NCBI GenBank assembly: GCA_000175855.1
Contig: ACYB01000042.1
Coordinates: 60,001 to 92,000 of the forward strand
Source of the DNA: Raphidiopsis brookii D9
Lineage (GTDB): Bacteria > Cyanobacteriota > Cyanobacteriia > Cyanobacteriales > Nostocaceae
Direction: 5' to 3'
DNA length: 32,000 bases
Shown: piece after piece, positions 10,041 through 20,300 of the stretch
Layout: every line of letters starts with the position of its first letter
Position numbering within the stretch: position 1 is the first letter of the stretch
Notes under the pieces: model-generated
Seen by the model: only the letters and a program-made list of their open reading frames with translations
The model's database searches: none
What the model was told of the DNA's origin: nothing
Translations under genes and position numbers: made by a program

Positions 10041-10310
10041 CTAACCACGAATACCAAGACGTGAAATCAGGGATTGATATTTATCCGAGTTGTTCTTTTG
10101 GATATAATTCAAAAGTCTTTTACGTTCGCCAATCATCTTCAACAGTCCCCTACGAGATGAGTGGTCTTTCTTGTTTGCTTGCAGGTGCTGACTAAGACGA
10201 TTAATTCGTTCAGTGAGCATAGCAATCTGAATATCAGCAGATCCGGTGTCAGTTTCATGTACTTGGAATCCAGAGATTAGTTCTTGTTTGCGCAGTTGCG
10301 TCAGAGCCAT
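10041..10310 (-). CDS. rpsO: 30S ribosomal protein S15
   Basis: 89-aa ORF with TGSADIQIAMLTERINRLSQHLQANKKDHSSRRGLLKMIGERKRLLNY, the canonical S15 sequence. Confidence 0.95.
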   Translation of the reverse strand: MALTQLRKQELISGFQVHETDTGSADIQIAMLTERINRLSQHLQANKKDHSSRRGLLKMIGERKRLLNYIQKNNSDKYQSLISRLGIRG

Positions 10311-10528
10311 GATTGATTAAACTTTTATTTTTTCAAGTGTATGCATCAGCTACCTATAATATCACAGCAATTAGAGTAATTGCTAGAGGTGCCAAAAGGG
10401 AGAATTTGTCAGCTAGTTACCAGGTAGTCATTTTTACCTAGAATTGGTTCAAATACAGTTACGCTAGATAGCGTACAGATTTAACTTTACTTTAACAAGA
10501 GAGTCTTAATAATTCCTAAGTTTCTAAA

Positions 10529-11863
10529 TCAGACAGCAGAAATATCAATTAACCAACGTACTGTTTGGGGGAAAACAATGACAATCAACAAGACAATTAC
10601 CTGTAACACCATAAAAGGAATGGCACTTTTATGGATATCAAAAGTACTAACTTCTTTAGGTGCAACACTTTGTAGGTAAAACAAAGAAAATCCCACAGGT
10701 GGAGATATAAAGGCCGTTTGTAAATTAATTGCCATCACCACACCAAACCATACCATATCAATATTTAAAGCCCGAGCTGCAGGTACAAATAAAGGCATGG
10801 CAATAAAGCAAATTTCCATGAACTCTAGAAAAACTCCCAGGGCAAAAATTGCCAAATTACTGACAATTAAAAATCCCCAGTAACCTCCAGGTAAACCGGT
10901 CAAAAGTTCAGTAATTAAAGTTTTACCCCCCAGAGCATCAAATACTAAACTAAACATGGATGAAGCGAATAAAATCATCACCACTAAAGCGGTAATAACT
11001 GCTGTAGAGTGGGCGGAATCACGAACTAATTGAGGTGTTAACCGTTTATTGAAAGCGGCTAGTAAAAAACCACCAACAGCACCAACAGCGCCAGCTTCTG
11101 TAGGGGTAGCAATGCCAAAGAAAATACTCCCTAGAACAGCAAAAATCAATAAAATTGCGGGAAGAACACCTTTGATGACTTTTTTGAGTAACTTAGTACC
11201 TGTAAGAATTTCCACATTAGCAGGAATATCCGGAACTTTGTCTGGTTGAAAAAAAGCGATCGCCAGAATATAGAGAATATAAGAACCAGATAACATTAAA
11301 CCTGGAATTAAAGCTCCTAAAAATAAATCTCCTACTGACACACCAATTTGGTCACTGAGAATTACGAGAACTAAACTGGGGGGAATTAGCTGTGCCAAAG
11401 TACCCGATGCAATAATTACTCCAGCAGCTAGTTTCTTATCATAACCATAGCGAATCATCACCGGTAAGGATAACATTCCCATGACAATTACTGTAGCAGC
11501 TACAACTCCTGTAGTTGCTGCTAGAATAGTTCCTACTAAAACAACTGCTAAGGCTAAACCACCTCGTATGCGACTTAATAAAATACCTACAGTTTCTAAC
11601 AATTCCTCGGCTAAACCTGACTTTTCTAAAATAGCACCTAGAAACACAAAAAATGGAATAGCCAGGAGGGTGAAATTGGACATGGTACCAAACCAAATAT
11701 TTGGCAATGATAACAAACGTGCAGGATTAAAAGCTCCCACTGTCATACCAATAATACCAAAAACAACTGCTGTTCCCGCAAAGGAAAAGGCAACCGGGTA
11801 TCCAGTCATTAAAATTAGAAAAAAGCCCAGAAACATCAAAATAGATAACCATTCAAAACCCAT
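10529..11863 (-). CDS. TRAP transporter large permease subunit (DctM family)
   Basis: 444-aa polytopic ORF with a typical DctM N-terminus ([13 protein letters not shown]). Located directly downstream of the small subunit gene. Confidence 0.9.
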   Translation of the reverse strand: MGFEWLSILMFLGFFLILMTGYPVAFSFAGTAVVFGIIGMTVGAFNPARLLSLPNIWFGTMSNFTLLAIPFFVFLGAILEKSGLAEELLETVGILLSRIRGGLALAVVLVGTILAATTGVVAATVIVMGMLSLPVMIRYGYDKKLAAGVIIASGTLAQLIPPSLVLVILSDQIGVSVGDLFLGALIPGLMLSGSYILYILAIAFFQPDKVPDIPANVEILTGTKLLKKVIKGVLPAILLIFAVLGSIFFGIATPTEAGAVGAVGGFLLAAFNKRLTPQLVRDSAHSTAVITALVVMILFASSMFSLVFDALGGKTLITELLTGLPGGYWGFLIVSNLAIFALGVFLEFMEICFIAMPLFVPAARALNIDMVWFGVVMAINLQTAFISPPVGFSLFYLQSVAPKEVSTFDIHKSAIPFMVLQVIVLLIVIVFPQTVRWLIDISAV

Positions 11864-11910
11864 AAATCACCTGATAAATTACTAATAGTTTAATAATTGT
11901 TGAAGATTGA

Positions 11911-12537
11911 CTATTCAATTTTAATATTTTCTGAAGTTTCTAGTTGAACTTTTTCTGATACCTGTTCATAGCCTAGAAGTATGGCTAAATATTTAATGGC
12001 TTGGGAAATACCCTGTAAAAGGAGAAACAATAATCCCAAGGGAAGCATAGTTTTAATGGGTGCACGAGGTAAACCATTAGCATCGGAAGAAACTTCCCAA
12101 CTTCCCCAGTTACCATCACTTAATCTCCCCCAGGACTGCAAGACGGGATTAAATGTTACCCAAATACCAATTACACAAAAGGGAATTAAAAATAATACTG
12201 TTCCCCAAAAATCAATCAATGCTCGTTTCCTGTTACTCATATTAGTATACAAAAAATCTACTCGCACATTGTCTCCATGACGTAAAATATAGGCAAAGCC
12301 AAGTAAAAAGGTCATGGAAAATAAATACCATTGTAGTTCTAGAAGAGCGTTCGAAGATAATTGTAGTCCTACAAAGCGTCCTAAATAGCGAGCAACCACG
12401 TTAAAAAAACCCACTCCAATAGTGATTAAAACCAGCCAATTGCAAAACCATCCTAATTTATCCGTATATTTATCAATAAACTCGGAAATCTTTAATAATC
12501 TGCTAACAAATGGCCATTTTCTGGATTCGTGCATCAT
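11911..12537 (-). CDS. TRAP transporter small permease subunit (DctQ family)
   Basis: About 208 aa with 4 TM segments, immediately upstream of dctM. The ORF track starts at GTG 12564; the ATG at 12537 (MMHESRK) is more likely. Confidence 0.75.
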   Translation of the reverse strand: MMHESRKWPFVSRLLKISEFIDKYTDKLGWFCNWLVLITIGVGFFNVVARYLGRFVGLQLSSNALLELQWYLFSMTFLLGFAYILRHGDNVRVDFLYTNMSNRKRALIDFWGTVLFLIPFCVIGIWVTFNPVLQSWGRLSDGNWGSWEVSSDANGLPRAPIKTMLPLGLLFLLLQGISQAIKYLAILLGYEQVSEKVQLETSENIKIE

Positions 12538-12737
12538 GATATCACCCACAAATAATTTCCCCACACTACAATAAACTACGACTGATAGAAGACATTATGG
12601 AAATTTCGTTATAGTTTGTTATACTTCTTTTTAATTATTCATATTTTTTGCCTAAACAATCTGGTAGAGTGTGGTGGTGTTTTTGCTCAATGCAATGGCA
12701 AATACTTTTTAAAAATTATCCAAGTCAGGTTTTATTT

Positions 12738-13868
12738 ATGAAACGTCGAGACCTTGTTACAAGATTATCTCAAAGTGCCATTGGTGCTACAGGAGTAGCA
12801 ATTGTTGGAGGTTGTCAACAAGCTCAAAACCAACAAGCGGATGGATTTAATACGGATAAACTACCAAGCATCAAGTGGCAAATGGCTACTAGTTGGCCAC
12901 TATCCTTAGAAATAATTTTTGGTGGAGCCCAGGTTTTAGCTGATAGGGTAAAAGCCCTAACTAATGGTAAATTTATCATAGAACCTCGTCCCGCTGGGGA
13001 TATAGCTCCTGGTTTGGAAGTATTGAATGTGGTTTCCCAGGGTGCAGTGCAATCGGGACACACGGGATCCTACTACTATATTGGTAAAACCCCAGCTCTG
13101 GCCTTTGGTACATCAGTACCTTTCGGGTTAAATGCACAACAGCAAAATGCCTGGTTATATGAAGGGGGTGGTTTAGCTAAATTGCAAGAGCTTTACGCCC
13201 GTAAATTCAATGTCATTCAATTCCCCGCTGGTAACACAGGTACACAGATGGGGGGGTGGTTTCGCCGAGAAATCAAAACGACTAACGACCTAAAGGGATT
13301 GAAAATGCGTATTCCCGGTTTAGGTGGTCAGGTAATGGCTAAACTGGGGGTGACAGTACAAAATGTTCCTGGGGGGGAAATATTTCAGGCGTTACAAACT
13401 GGTGCTATTGATGCTGCTGAGTGGGTAGGACCCTACGATGATGAGAAGTTGGGTTTAAATAAGGTTGCTAAGTATTACTATTACCCCGGTTGGTGGGAAC
13501 CGGGTCCAACTTTAGAAGTGCAAATTAATTTAGATGAGTGGAAGAAATTACCACCTCAATATCAAGCAGCTTTAGAAACTGCAGCATATCAGTCCAATTT
13601 AACAATGTTAGCTCGTTACGATGCTAAAAATAATCAGGCATTAGAAAGATTATTAAAGGGTGGTACGGAAGTTCGCGCTTACAGTCAGGAAATTCTGGCG
13701 ATCGCCGAAAAGGAATCGTTTGCTTTATATGATGAATTTGCCGCCAAAGATGCGGATTTCAAGGCGATTTATGACGAATGGAAGCCTTTTAGGGATCGCG
13801 TCTATGCTTGGAACAACCTAAATGAAGGTAGTTTTAGTCGTTATGTTTATAGTAAGCTGAAAGACTAA
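12738..13868 (+). CDS. TRAP transporter substrate-binding protein (DctP family) with a Tat/lipoprotein-like signal
   Basis: [26 protein letters not shown] signal, then a DctP-type fold ([30 protein letters not shown]). Divergent from the permease genes. The start is moved to the ATG at 12738. Confidence 0.85.
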   Translation: MKRRDLVTRLSQSAIGATGVAIVGGCQQAQNQQADGFNTDKLPSIKWQMATSWPLSLEIIFGGAQVLADRVKALTNGKFIIEPRPAGDIAPGLEVLNVVSQGAVQSGHTGSYYYIGKTPALAFGTSVPFGLNAQQQNAWLYEGGGLAKLQELYARKFNVIQFPAGNTGTQMGGWFRREIKTTNDLKGLKMRIPGLGGQVMAKLGVTVQNVPGGEIFQALQTGAIDAAEWVGPYDDEKLGLNKVAKYYYYPGWWEPGPTLEVQINLDEWKKLPPQYQAALETAAYQSNLTMLARYDAKNNQALERLLKGGTEVRAYSQEILAIAEKESFALYDEFAAKDADFKAIYDEWKPFRDRVYAWNNLNEGSFSRYVYSKLKD

Positions 13869-13870
13869 TT

Positions 13871-13993
13871 GGTTTTAAAATCCCCATGATATTTTCTTTC
13901 ATCTTCGGGTAGGTTTGCCAGAAACTATGATAGGATTATGGTTTCTGGCTCACCAGAATTGACCGATGGGATGGTTAATCAATTATAATCGTT
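13871..13993 (+). repeat. 123-bp direct repeat, copy A (dctP 3' flank)
   Basis: Identical to 15396..15518 at 120 of 123 positions; mismatches at 13883, 13913 and 13916. Contains a 9-bp-stem hairpin GCCAGAAAC(13917..13925)/GTTTCTGGC(13941..13949). Confidence 0.95.
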
Positions 13994-14113
13994 GACACCG
14001 TAATACCGTTCCCATCTGGGAGAGTTGTTCTAAGTAATTTTGGCGATCGCCTGCCAAAAATTCTTCCACCTATCATGCATTATTATAAATAATCCCGTGC
14101 AGATGCAACGCCC

Positions 14114-15139
14114 CTATATCGCTGCATCAGTTCTGCTTATTGATACGTCAGCGTCATTTAATCCGAATTGGATATTTTTGATTCCGACTATCACACCTCC
14201 AATAATCATGATGATACCAAACAATTCCAAAACAGAAGGTAATCGAGAATCATATATATACACATAAGTAAGAGCAAAAATGGGGTCCATAACAAGCAAT
14301 TGTCCTGCCATAGAAACTGTTAGTAAAGACGAGGCTTTATTCCACATTATGGTTCCACCCCAAGAGACTGCTACTCCAAGAATTAGACTACTAATAAGGA
14401 ATAAGAAAAAGTTATTATCAAATTCGCCAAGTTTAACATAGCGAGAAAGATTAGCTATCGTATCATTTTTAACTATCGTCATCATCAATAGAATAAATAA
14501 TGATTGTATCAGTGTGTTAACGCCAATTAATGTTGACCAAGTTGATGAAAGAATATGTGGATTATTTTTTAAAAAAATAGAGTTAGCAACGCAATACCAA
14601 GTCCAAATAATTAGTGAAGCTAAAGCAGACAATGACCCTAGAAATGGATGCTGCATCATCAAATATTCTGAGTCTTGACCTCTACCAAAATTGAGGGCAT
14701 GGATGATAAAAATACCTGAAATAATCATTAAAATTGATGGTAATAATTTCGAGAAAGGATATTCACGTTGTATCCAATTTCCGTAAAGAGAAACTGTTAT
14801 GGGTAAACTTCCAATGATCAAAGACGTAATCTCTGCATTAGCATACCTGACACCACAAACGAGGAAAAAGTAGTGACCAATATTAGCTGCAAATGCAAAA
14901 ATAAAAGTGGTATACCAAATTTTAAAGCTATAGATCCAAGAATGTTTGAGTTCAAATAGTAAAAATACTATTAATGATATTATTCCGTAAAATAAATATC
15001 GACCTAGTGTAATTTCAATTGAGGTAAAAGAGGATAAAATCTTTGGAATTGAAAAAGCTAAACCCCAAAGTAGATTAGCACCAACAGCAAAAATAAATCC
15101 GGACCAAAATGTTGATTTTGTTTCATTAACTAAGGACAT
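14114..15139 (-). CDS. EamA/DMT superfamily transporter
   Basis: 341-aa ORF with about 10 TM segments in two EamA-like halves (FAVGANLLWGLAF..., GSLPITVSLYG...). Strongly AT-rich codon usage compared with neighbouring genes. Confidence 0.75.
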   Translation of the reverse strand: MSLVNETKSTFWSGFIFAVGANLLWGLAFSIPKILSSFTSIEITLGRYLFYGIISLIVFLLFELKHSWIYSFKIWYTTFIFAFAANIGHYFFLVCGVRYANAEITSLIIGSLPITVSLYGNWIQREYPFSKLLPSILMIISGIFIIHALNFGRGQDSEYLMMQHPFLGSLSALASLIIWTWYCVANSIFLKNNPHILSSTWSTLIGVNTLIQSLFILLMMTIVKNDTIANLSRYVKLGEFDNNFFLFLISSLILGVAVSWGGTIMWNKASSLLTVSMAGQLLVMDPIFALTYVYIYDSRLPSVLELFGIIMIIGGVIVGIKNIQFGLNDADVSISRTDAAI

Positions 15140-15395
15140 TAACTTTTACCTTTAAGATGGAGTGAACATGGAGAATTAAACTTAAGAATACCTTAGCCAA
15201 AAAAAGGTATGGAAAGGTAGGTATGATATTTTTACTCTATCACTAATATGTCAATATGTCTATGTCCGTGAAATGTTAAAAATGCTTCCGGAACAACCAG
15301 AGCCTATTTGATTAAGGCGGATTTTTGCCAAACTTACTTCTCTTGGTCGCATTCACAATGGTTCTACAGCCGTTTTACCCTCGTAATTTGGCTAA

Positions 15396-15518
15396 GGTTT
15401 TAAAATCTCCATGATATTTTCTTTCATCTTCGGGTAGCTTGGCCAGAAACTATGATAGGATTATGGTTTCTGGCTCACCAGAATTGACCGATGGGATGGT
15501 TAATCAATTATAATCGTT
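15396..15518 (+). repeat. 123-bp direct repeat, copy B (leuS 5' flank)
   Basis: See copy A. The hairpin arms are at 15442..15450 and 15466..15474. The copy ends 76 nt before the leuS GTG. Confidence 0.95.
15484..15514 (+). promoter_or_regulatory. Possible sigma70-type promoter of leuS inside repeat copy B
   Basis: TTGACC (15484..15489), a 19-nt spacer, then TATAAT (15509..15514). The spacer is longer than the 17-nt optimum. AGGAG (15583..15587) lies 7 nt before the GTG at 15595. Confidence 0.3.
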
Positions 15519-15594
15519 TTGATTAGCTGTAAAATTGCACAAGTCTGGATTATGCCACAATAGCGAAACCGGAAAAATATTAGGAGTTTGACTT

Positions 15595-18174
15595 GTGGAA
15601 TCCCATTCCAAAACATTATACAACCCAGCAACAATCGAAGAAAAATGGCAACAGGTGTGGTCAGAACTAGACTTGGATAAAACACCCCAAGACAAAAACC
15701 AGCCCAAATTCTATGCCCTTTCTATGTTCCCCTACCCCTCCGGTAGTCTACACATGGGACATGTCCGCAACTACACAATTACAGATGTCATCGCTCGTCT
15801 AAAAAGAATGCAAGGGTATCGTGTATTACATCCAATGGGTTGGGATGCCTTTGGACTACCAGCAGAAAATGCTGCCATTGATAGGGGTGTTCCCCCAGCG
15901 AAATGGACATATCAAAATATCAACCAGATGCGACAACAATTACAGCGTCTGGGTTTATCCTTAGACTGGGAAGCTGAAGTTGCTACTTGCTCACCCGATT
16001 ATTATCGCTGGACACAATGGATTTTTCTGCAATTTTTGGCAGCTGGTTTAGCCTATCAAAAAGAGGCGGCTGTTAATTGGGATCCCATTGACCAAACCGT
16101 ATTAGCTAACGAACAGGTAGACAGTGAAGGACGTTCCTGGCGCAGCGGAGCCATAGTAGAACGAAAAATGTTACGTCAATGGTTTTTAAAAATAACTGAC
16201 TATGCTGAAGAACTATTAAATGACTTGGATCAGCTATCTGGTTGGCCAGAACGGGTAAAAATCATGCAGGCTAACTGGATTGGCAAATCTACGGGTGCAT
16301 ACCTGGAATTTCCCGTTGTTGGATCCCAGGAAAAAATCGGTGTTTATACTACCCGTCCCGATACCGTTTACGGGGTAAGCTATGTTGTTTTAGCCCCCGA
16401 ACACCCATTAACACAAATCGTAACCACTTCTGGACAAAAAGCAGCAGTAAAAGCCTTTATCAAAGAAGTAAGTAGTCAAAGTGAGTTAGAAAGGACAGCA
16501 GAGGATAAACCAAAGCGGGGTATTCCCACTGGGGGAAAAGTAATCAACCCCTTCACTCAACAGGAAGTACCCATCTGGATTGCGGATTATGTACTTTACG
16601 AATATGGTACTGGTGCAGTCATGGGTGTACCTGCTCATGATGGGCGGGATTTCAAATTTGCCCAGGAGCAGAATTTAGAAATTAAAGTAGTAATTGTACC
16701 GGAAGTTGGTGACCCAGAAACTTTAACTAAGGCTTATACAGAATCAGGGGTTTTAGTTAACTCCAGTCAGTTTAATGGCATGAATTCAGTAGATGGCAAA
16801 AAAGCAATTATTGAATATGCTCAAGAGCAGGGTTTTGGTAAAGAAAAAATCCAATATCGGTTGCGAGATTGGTTAATTTCCCGTCAACGTTATTGGGGTG
16901 CACCGATTCCAGTTATTCATTGTCCTGAATGTGGTATCGTTCCAGTGCCAGAAGCGGATTTACCCGTAGAACTACCAGAAGAAGTGGAATTTACCGGTCG
17001 TGGTGGATCGCCCTTAGCTCAGTTAGAAAGTTGGGTAAATGTTCCTTGTCCTAGTTGTGGTACTCCAGCCAAAAGAGAGACCGATACTATGGATACTTTT
17101 ATAGATTCTTCTTGGTATTTCTTACGTTATACTGATGCCAAAAATCAACAACAGATTTTTGATAACAGCAAAGTAAATGATTGGATGCCAGTGGATCAAT
17201 ATGTGGGTGGAATTGAACATGCAATTTTGCATTTATTGTATTCTCGTTTCTTCACCAAAGTGTTAAGAGATAGGGGATTATTGAATTTTAATGAACCATT
17301 TCAAAAACTACTAACCCAGGGAATGGTGCAGGGTTTAACATATATGAACCCCAACAAAAATGGCAAGGATAAATGGGTTCCCTCCCATTTAGTTGATCCT
17401 ACTAATCCTGTGGATCCCCACACAGGAGAACCATTGCAACGCCTATATGCAACCATGTCTAAATCGAAAGGCAATGGGGTAGCACCAGAAGACGTAATTG
17501 CTAAGTATGGGGTTGACACAGCGCGAATGTTTATTTTATTTAAAGCCCCACCAGGGAAAGATCTAGAATGGGATGAAGCCGATGTTGAAGGACAATTTCG
17601 ATTTTTAAACCGTGTTTGGCGATTGGTGAATGATTATGCTAATATGGGGGTCTGTGGAAAAAAAGTTGATTTAGAGAAATTGACAAGAGAGGAGAAAGAT
17701 TTAAGAAGAGCAGTCCACTCAGGTATTAAAGCAATTACAGAGGATGTGGAAGATGAATATCAGTTTAACACGGCAATTTCAGAACTGATGAAACTGAGTA
17801 ATGCTTTGAGTGATGCCAAATGTCACAATTCCCCAGTCTATGCAGAAGGGATTAAAACTTTAGTGATTATGTTAGCTCCTTTTGCACCCCATATTGCTGA
17901 TGAGTTATGGAATTTGCTAGGGAATAAAAGTTCAGTACATCAGCAAGGTTGGCCAGGTTTTGACCCAGCAGCTTTGATAGCTGATGAAATTACCCTAGTA
18001 ATTCAAATTATGGGTAAAACCCGTGGTGCAATTCAAGTTCCTTCCCAAATAGATAAGATGGCTTTGGAAAAATATGCGCGGGAATCGGAGGTGGCAAAAC
18101 GTTATATTGAGGGAAAGGAAATCAAAAAGGTCATTGTTGTTCCCGGTAAGCTGGTGAATTTTGTCCTAGGTTAG
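15595..18174 (+). CDS. leuS: Leucine--tRNA ligase
   Basis: 859-aa ORF with HIGH-type motif ([15 protein letters not shown]), KMSKS-type motif (TMSKSKGNG) and a CP1 editing domain. GTG start preceded by AGGAG. Confidence 0.97.
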   Translation: MESHSKTLYNPATIEEKWQQVWSELDLDKTPQDKNQPKFYALSMFPYPSGSLHMGHVRNYTITDVIARLKRMQGYRVLHPMGWDAFGLPAENAAIDRGVPPAKWTYQNINQMRQQLQRLGLSLDWEAEVATCSPDYYRWTQWIFLQFLAAGLAYQKEAAVNWDPIDQTVLANEQVDSEGRSWRSGAIVERKMLRQWFLKITDYAEELLNDLDQLSGWPERVKIMQANWIGKSTGAYLEFPVVGSQEKIGVYTTRPDTVYGVSYVVLAPEHPLTQIVTTSGQKAAVKAFIKEVSSQSELERTAEDKPKRGIPTGGKVINPFTQQEVPIWIADYVLYEYGTGAVMGVPAHDGRDFKFAQEQNLEIKVVIVPEVGDPETLTKAYTESGVLVNSSQFNGMNSVDGKKAIIEYAQEQGFGKEKIQYRLRDWLISRQRYWGAPIPVIHCPECGIVPVPEADLPVELPEEVEFTGRGGSPLAQLESWVNVPCPSCGTPAKRETDTMDTFIDSSWYFLRYTDAKNQQQIFDNSKVNDWMPVDQYVGGIEHAILHLLYSRFFTKVLRDRGLLNFNEPFQKLLTQGMVQGLTYMNPNKNGKDKWVPSHLVDPTNPVDPHTGEPLQRLYATMSKSKGNGVAPEDVIAKYGVDTARMFILFKAPPGKDLEWDEADVEGQFRFLNRVWRLVNDYANMGVCGKKVDLEKLTREEKDLRRAVHSGIKAITEDVEDEYQFNTAISELMKLSNALSDAKCHNSPVYAEGIKTLVIMLAPFAPHIADELWNLLGNKSSVHQQGWPGFDPAALIADEITLVIQIMGKTRGAIQVPSQIDKMALEKYARESEVAKRYIEGKEIKKVIVVPGKLVNFVLG

Positions 18175-18336
18175 TGGTTTATTTCTCTCCAGAACGAATA
18201 CCTCCTAGGTAATAGTCATTAGTTATTAGATTGTAACTTTGGCATTATGAATTTGGGCGCTAACTTTCTTATAAATAAACTACAGGTACATAACACCTTT
18301 TGACCGTCTAGTTCGTCATGAACACTGGAGTATCTT

Positions 18337-18546
18337 ATGTTAGAACTGTTAGAACCAAATACCCTATCCCATATTCTACCAGAGTTGTCTGTGGAAGAAC
18401 AACAAGTGATTTCTGGTGGTGGACATTGGACACAATTGTCCCACCATGGTCATTACCGTCCGTGGTATCGTCATGATCGCAGAGTGTATTATTACAATTC
18501 TTCCTGCAATAATAACTGTGAATGTGATGACAGATGCTGCGACTAG
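18337..18546 (+). CDS. Putative double-glycine-leader (bacteriocin/RiPP-type) precursor peptide, 69 aa
   Basis: GGAG lies 6 nt upstream of the ATG. Leader MLELLEPNTLSHILPELSVEEQQVISGG fits the LSxxExxxIxGG consensus. The 41-aa core is GHWTQLSHHGHYRPWYRHDRRVYYYNSSCNNNCECDDRCCD. Confidence 0.55.
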   Translation: MLELLEPNTLSHILPELSVEEQQVISGGGHWTQLSHHGHYRPWYRHDRRVYYYNSSCNNNCECDDRCCD

Positions 18547-19434
18547 TCAAACTGAGTAACTATGGATCCACTCTTGTAAAAGAGAGTTCACTAGCTCGGG
18601 AGCTTCATCCTGGGGACAATGTCCCACTCCTTCTAGAGGAATAAATTTTTGCACCTGGGGGAAATTGGCCAACCCCCTACCTAGATCAATTGGTTCCCAC
18701 GGGTCAGCTGTTCCCCATAAAATGATTGCCTGACAAGGTAATATAGGTAACAAGTCCTCTGGTAACGGTCCGCTGGAATAGTTGGTGAAGGCTAGGAATA
18801 CAGCAGCAGCACCGGGATCTCTTGCTGGTTCCATCAAAATATCTATTAATTCATCCGTAACTGCTTCTTTAATATTATAGGCTTGTAAAAGAATTTTTTT
18901 GACGGTTTTTGGTTGAGCTAGTTGACTAAAAAAGAAGTTACCAATAGATTTAATAGATAAAAGTTTTTGTAACAGGGGGGTTCCTACCCGCTTAATCCAG
19001 GGTAAATTTTGCCGTTTGCGATCATGTAACAATCTCAGGGAACAATTTAGTAAAGCAATTGCTAAAGCTATGTCTGGATTGCTAACGGCTGCTTGCATTG
19101 CCACAATACAACCAATAGAGTTACCAACTAAAAATGCGGGCTTACCTACTACTTGTTGGCAAAAGTCCACTATTTGATTTCCCCAAGTTTCTAGGGTGTA
19201 AGTGATTTTTTCATTGGGTTGGGGTTTAGCGGAAGCTCCAAAACCAATTAAATCAATGGCGTACACCTGACAAGTTTCAGCGAGGATAGGTATGTTTTTG
19301 CGCCAGTGTCCCCAAGAAGCACCAAATCCATGTACTAAAATTACCGCTGGTCCCTTAGTCCCTTGCATTTGATAGGATATGGGTAGTCCCTGCCAAAACC
19401 AAGTTTTTGTGGATGTCAATGTGGTAGAATTCAT
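18547..19434 (-). CDS. Alpha/beta-fold hydrolase
   Basis: 295-aa ORF with HGFGAS (oxyanion region), GNSIGC nucleophile elbow and a C-terminal GHCPQDE catalytic His region. Confidence 0.8.
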   Translation of the reverse strand: MNSTTLTSTKTWFWQGLPISYQMQGTKGPAVILVHGFGASWGHWRKNIPILAETCQVYAIDLIGFGASAKPQPNEKITYTLETWGNQIVDFCQQVVGKPAFLVGNSIGCIVAMQAAVSNPDIALAIALLNCSLRLLHDRKRQNLPWIKRVGTPLLQKLLSIKSIGNFFFSQLAQPKTVKKILLQAYNIKEAVTDELIDILMEPARDPGAAAVFLAFTNYSSGPLPEDLLPILPCQAIILWGTADPWEPIDLGRGLANFPQVQKFIPLEGVGHCPQDEAPELVNSLLQEWIHSYSV

Positions 19435-19571
19435 AAACTATAAAATTGTAAACTATAAATGCAAAAATAACAATAAGTTACAAAAATCAATTTAGGACTA
19501 GACACAGATTGCCACTCTACTGCTATCTTAAATTGGAGGCAATTGCAACTTATTTCATAAAGCGTAACTTC

Positions 19572-20300
19572 ATGGGAACGAATTACCAACGGGTTTTACT
19601 GAAACTGAGCGGTGAGGCCTTAATGGGCAACTTGGGCTATGGCATTGATCCAGAAGTAGTCAAGGGAATAGCTCAAGAATTAGCAGAGGTGGTGGCCACT
19701 GGTGTTCAAGTCGCTATCGTAGTTGGTGGTGGGAACATTTTTAGGGGCGTTAAAGCAGCATCAGCAGGTATGGACAGGGCAACTGCTGATTATATAGGAA
19801 TGATTGCCACAGTAATGAATGCCATGACTCTACAGGACTCGCTAGAGAGGATAGGAGTACAAACCAGAGTACAAACTGCGATCGCCATGCAAGAGGTAGC
19901 TGAACCATATATCCGCCGTCGTGCCATCCGTCATTTAGAAAAAGGACGAGTGGTAATTTTTGGTGCGGGTTCAGGTAATCCTTTTTTTACCACAGACACC
20001 ACTGCTGCTTTAAGAGCAGCGGAAATCGAAGCAAATGTGATTTTTAAGGCTACCAAGGTAGATGGTATCTACAATGCAGACCCTAAAGTTCATTCCAATG
20101 CCAAACGCTATAAAACCCTCACTTATGGTCACGTATTGGCGGAGGATTTACGAGTCATGGATAGTACCGCAATTGCCCTATGTAAAGAAAACAACATTCC
20201 GATTCTTGTCTTTGACTTAACGGTACGGGGAAATATCCGTCGCGCAGTCATGGGAGAATCTATTGGTACTCTTGTGGGAGGTTCTTGTGAAATTAGCTGA
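19572..20300 (+). CDS. pyrH: UMP kinase
   Basis: [21 protein letters not shown] and [22 protein letters not shown] motifs. The start is moved to ATG 19572 (MGTNYQRV). Confidence 0.95.
   Translation: MGTNYQRVLLKLSGEALMGNLGYGIDPEVVKGIAQELAEVVATGVQVAIVVGGGNIFRGVKAASAGMDRATADYIGMIATVMNAMTLQDSLERIGVQTRVQTAIAMQEVAEPYIRRRAIRHLEKGRVVIFGAGSGNPFFTTDTTAALRAAEIEANVIFKATKVDGIYNADPKVHSNAKRYKTLTYGHVLAEDLRVMDSTAIALCKENNIPILVFDLTVRGNIRRAVMGESIGTLVGGSCEIS

Noticed and set aside
10460-10475. The palindrome TACGCTAgaTAGCGTA downstream of dctM, as a possible terminator.
   Set aside because: The loop would be only 2 nt, no U-run follows on the relevant strand, and GC content is low. This is not convincing as an intrinsic terminator.
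18318-18476. An alternative-frame 52-aa plus-strand ORF (MNTGVSYVRTVRTKYP...) overlapping the peptide gene.
   Set aside because: It has no leader or other motif, low-complexity Trp-rich composition, and no SD sequence at suitable spacing. The GG-leader frame is the better model.
18335-18550. A 71-aa minus-strand ORF exactly antisense to the double-glycine peptide ORF.
   Set aside because: It has no recognisable motif or ribosome-binding site. Its 5' end overlaps the 3' end of the co-oriented hydrolase gene (4 nt, 18547..18550). The plus-strand ORF has a GGAG at the correct spacing and a canonical GG leader. This is treated as a shadow ORF.
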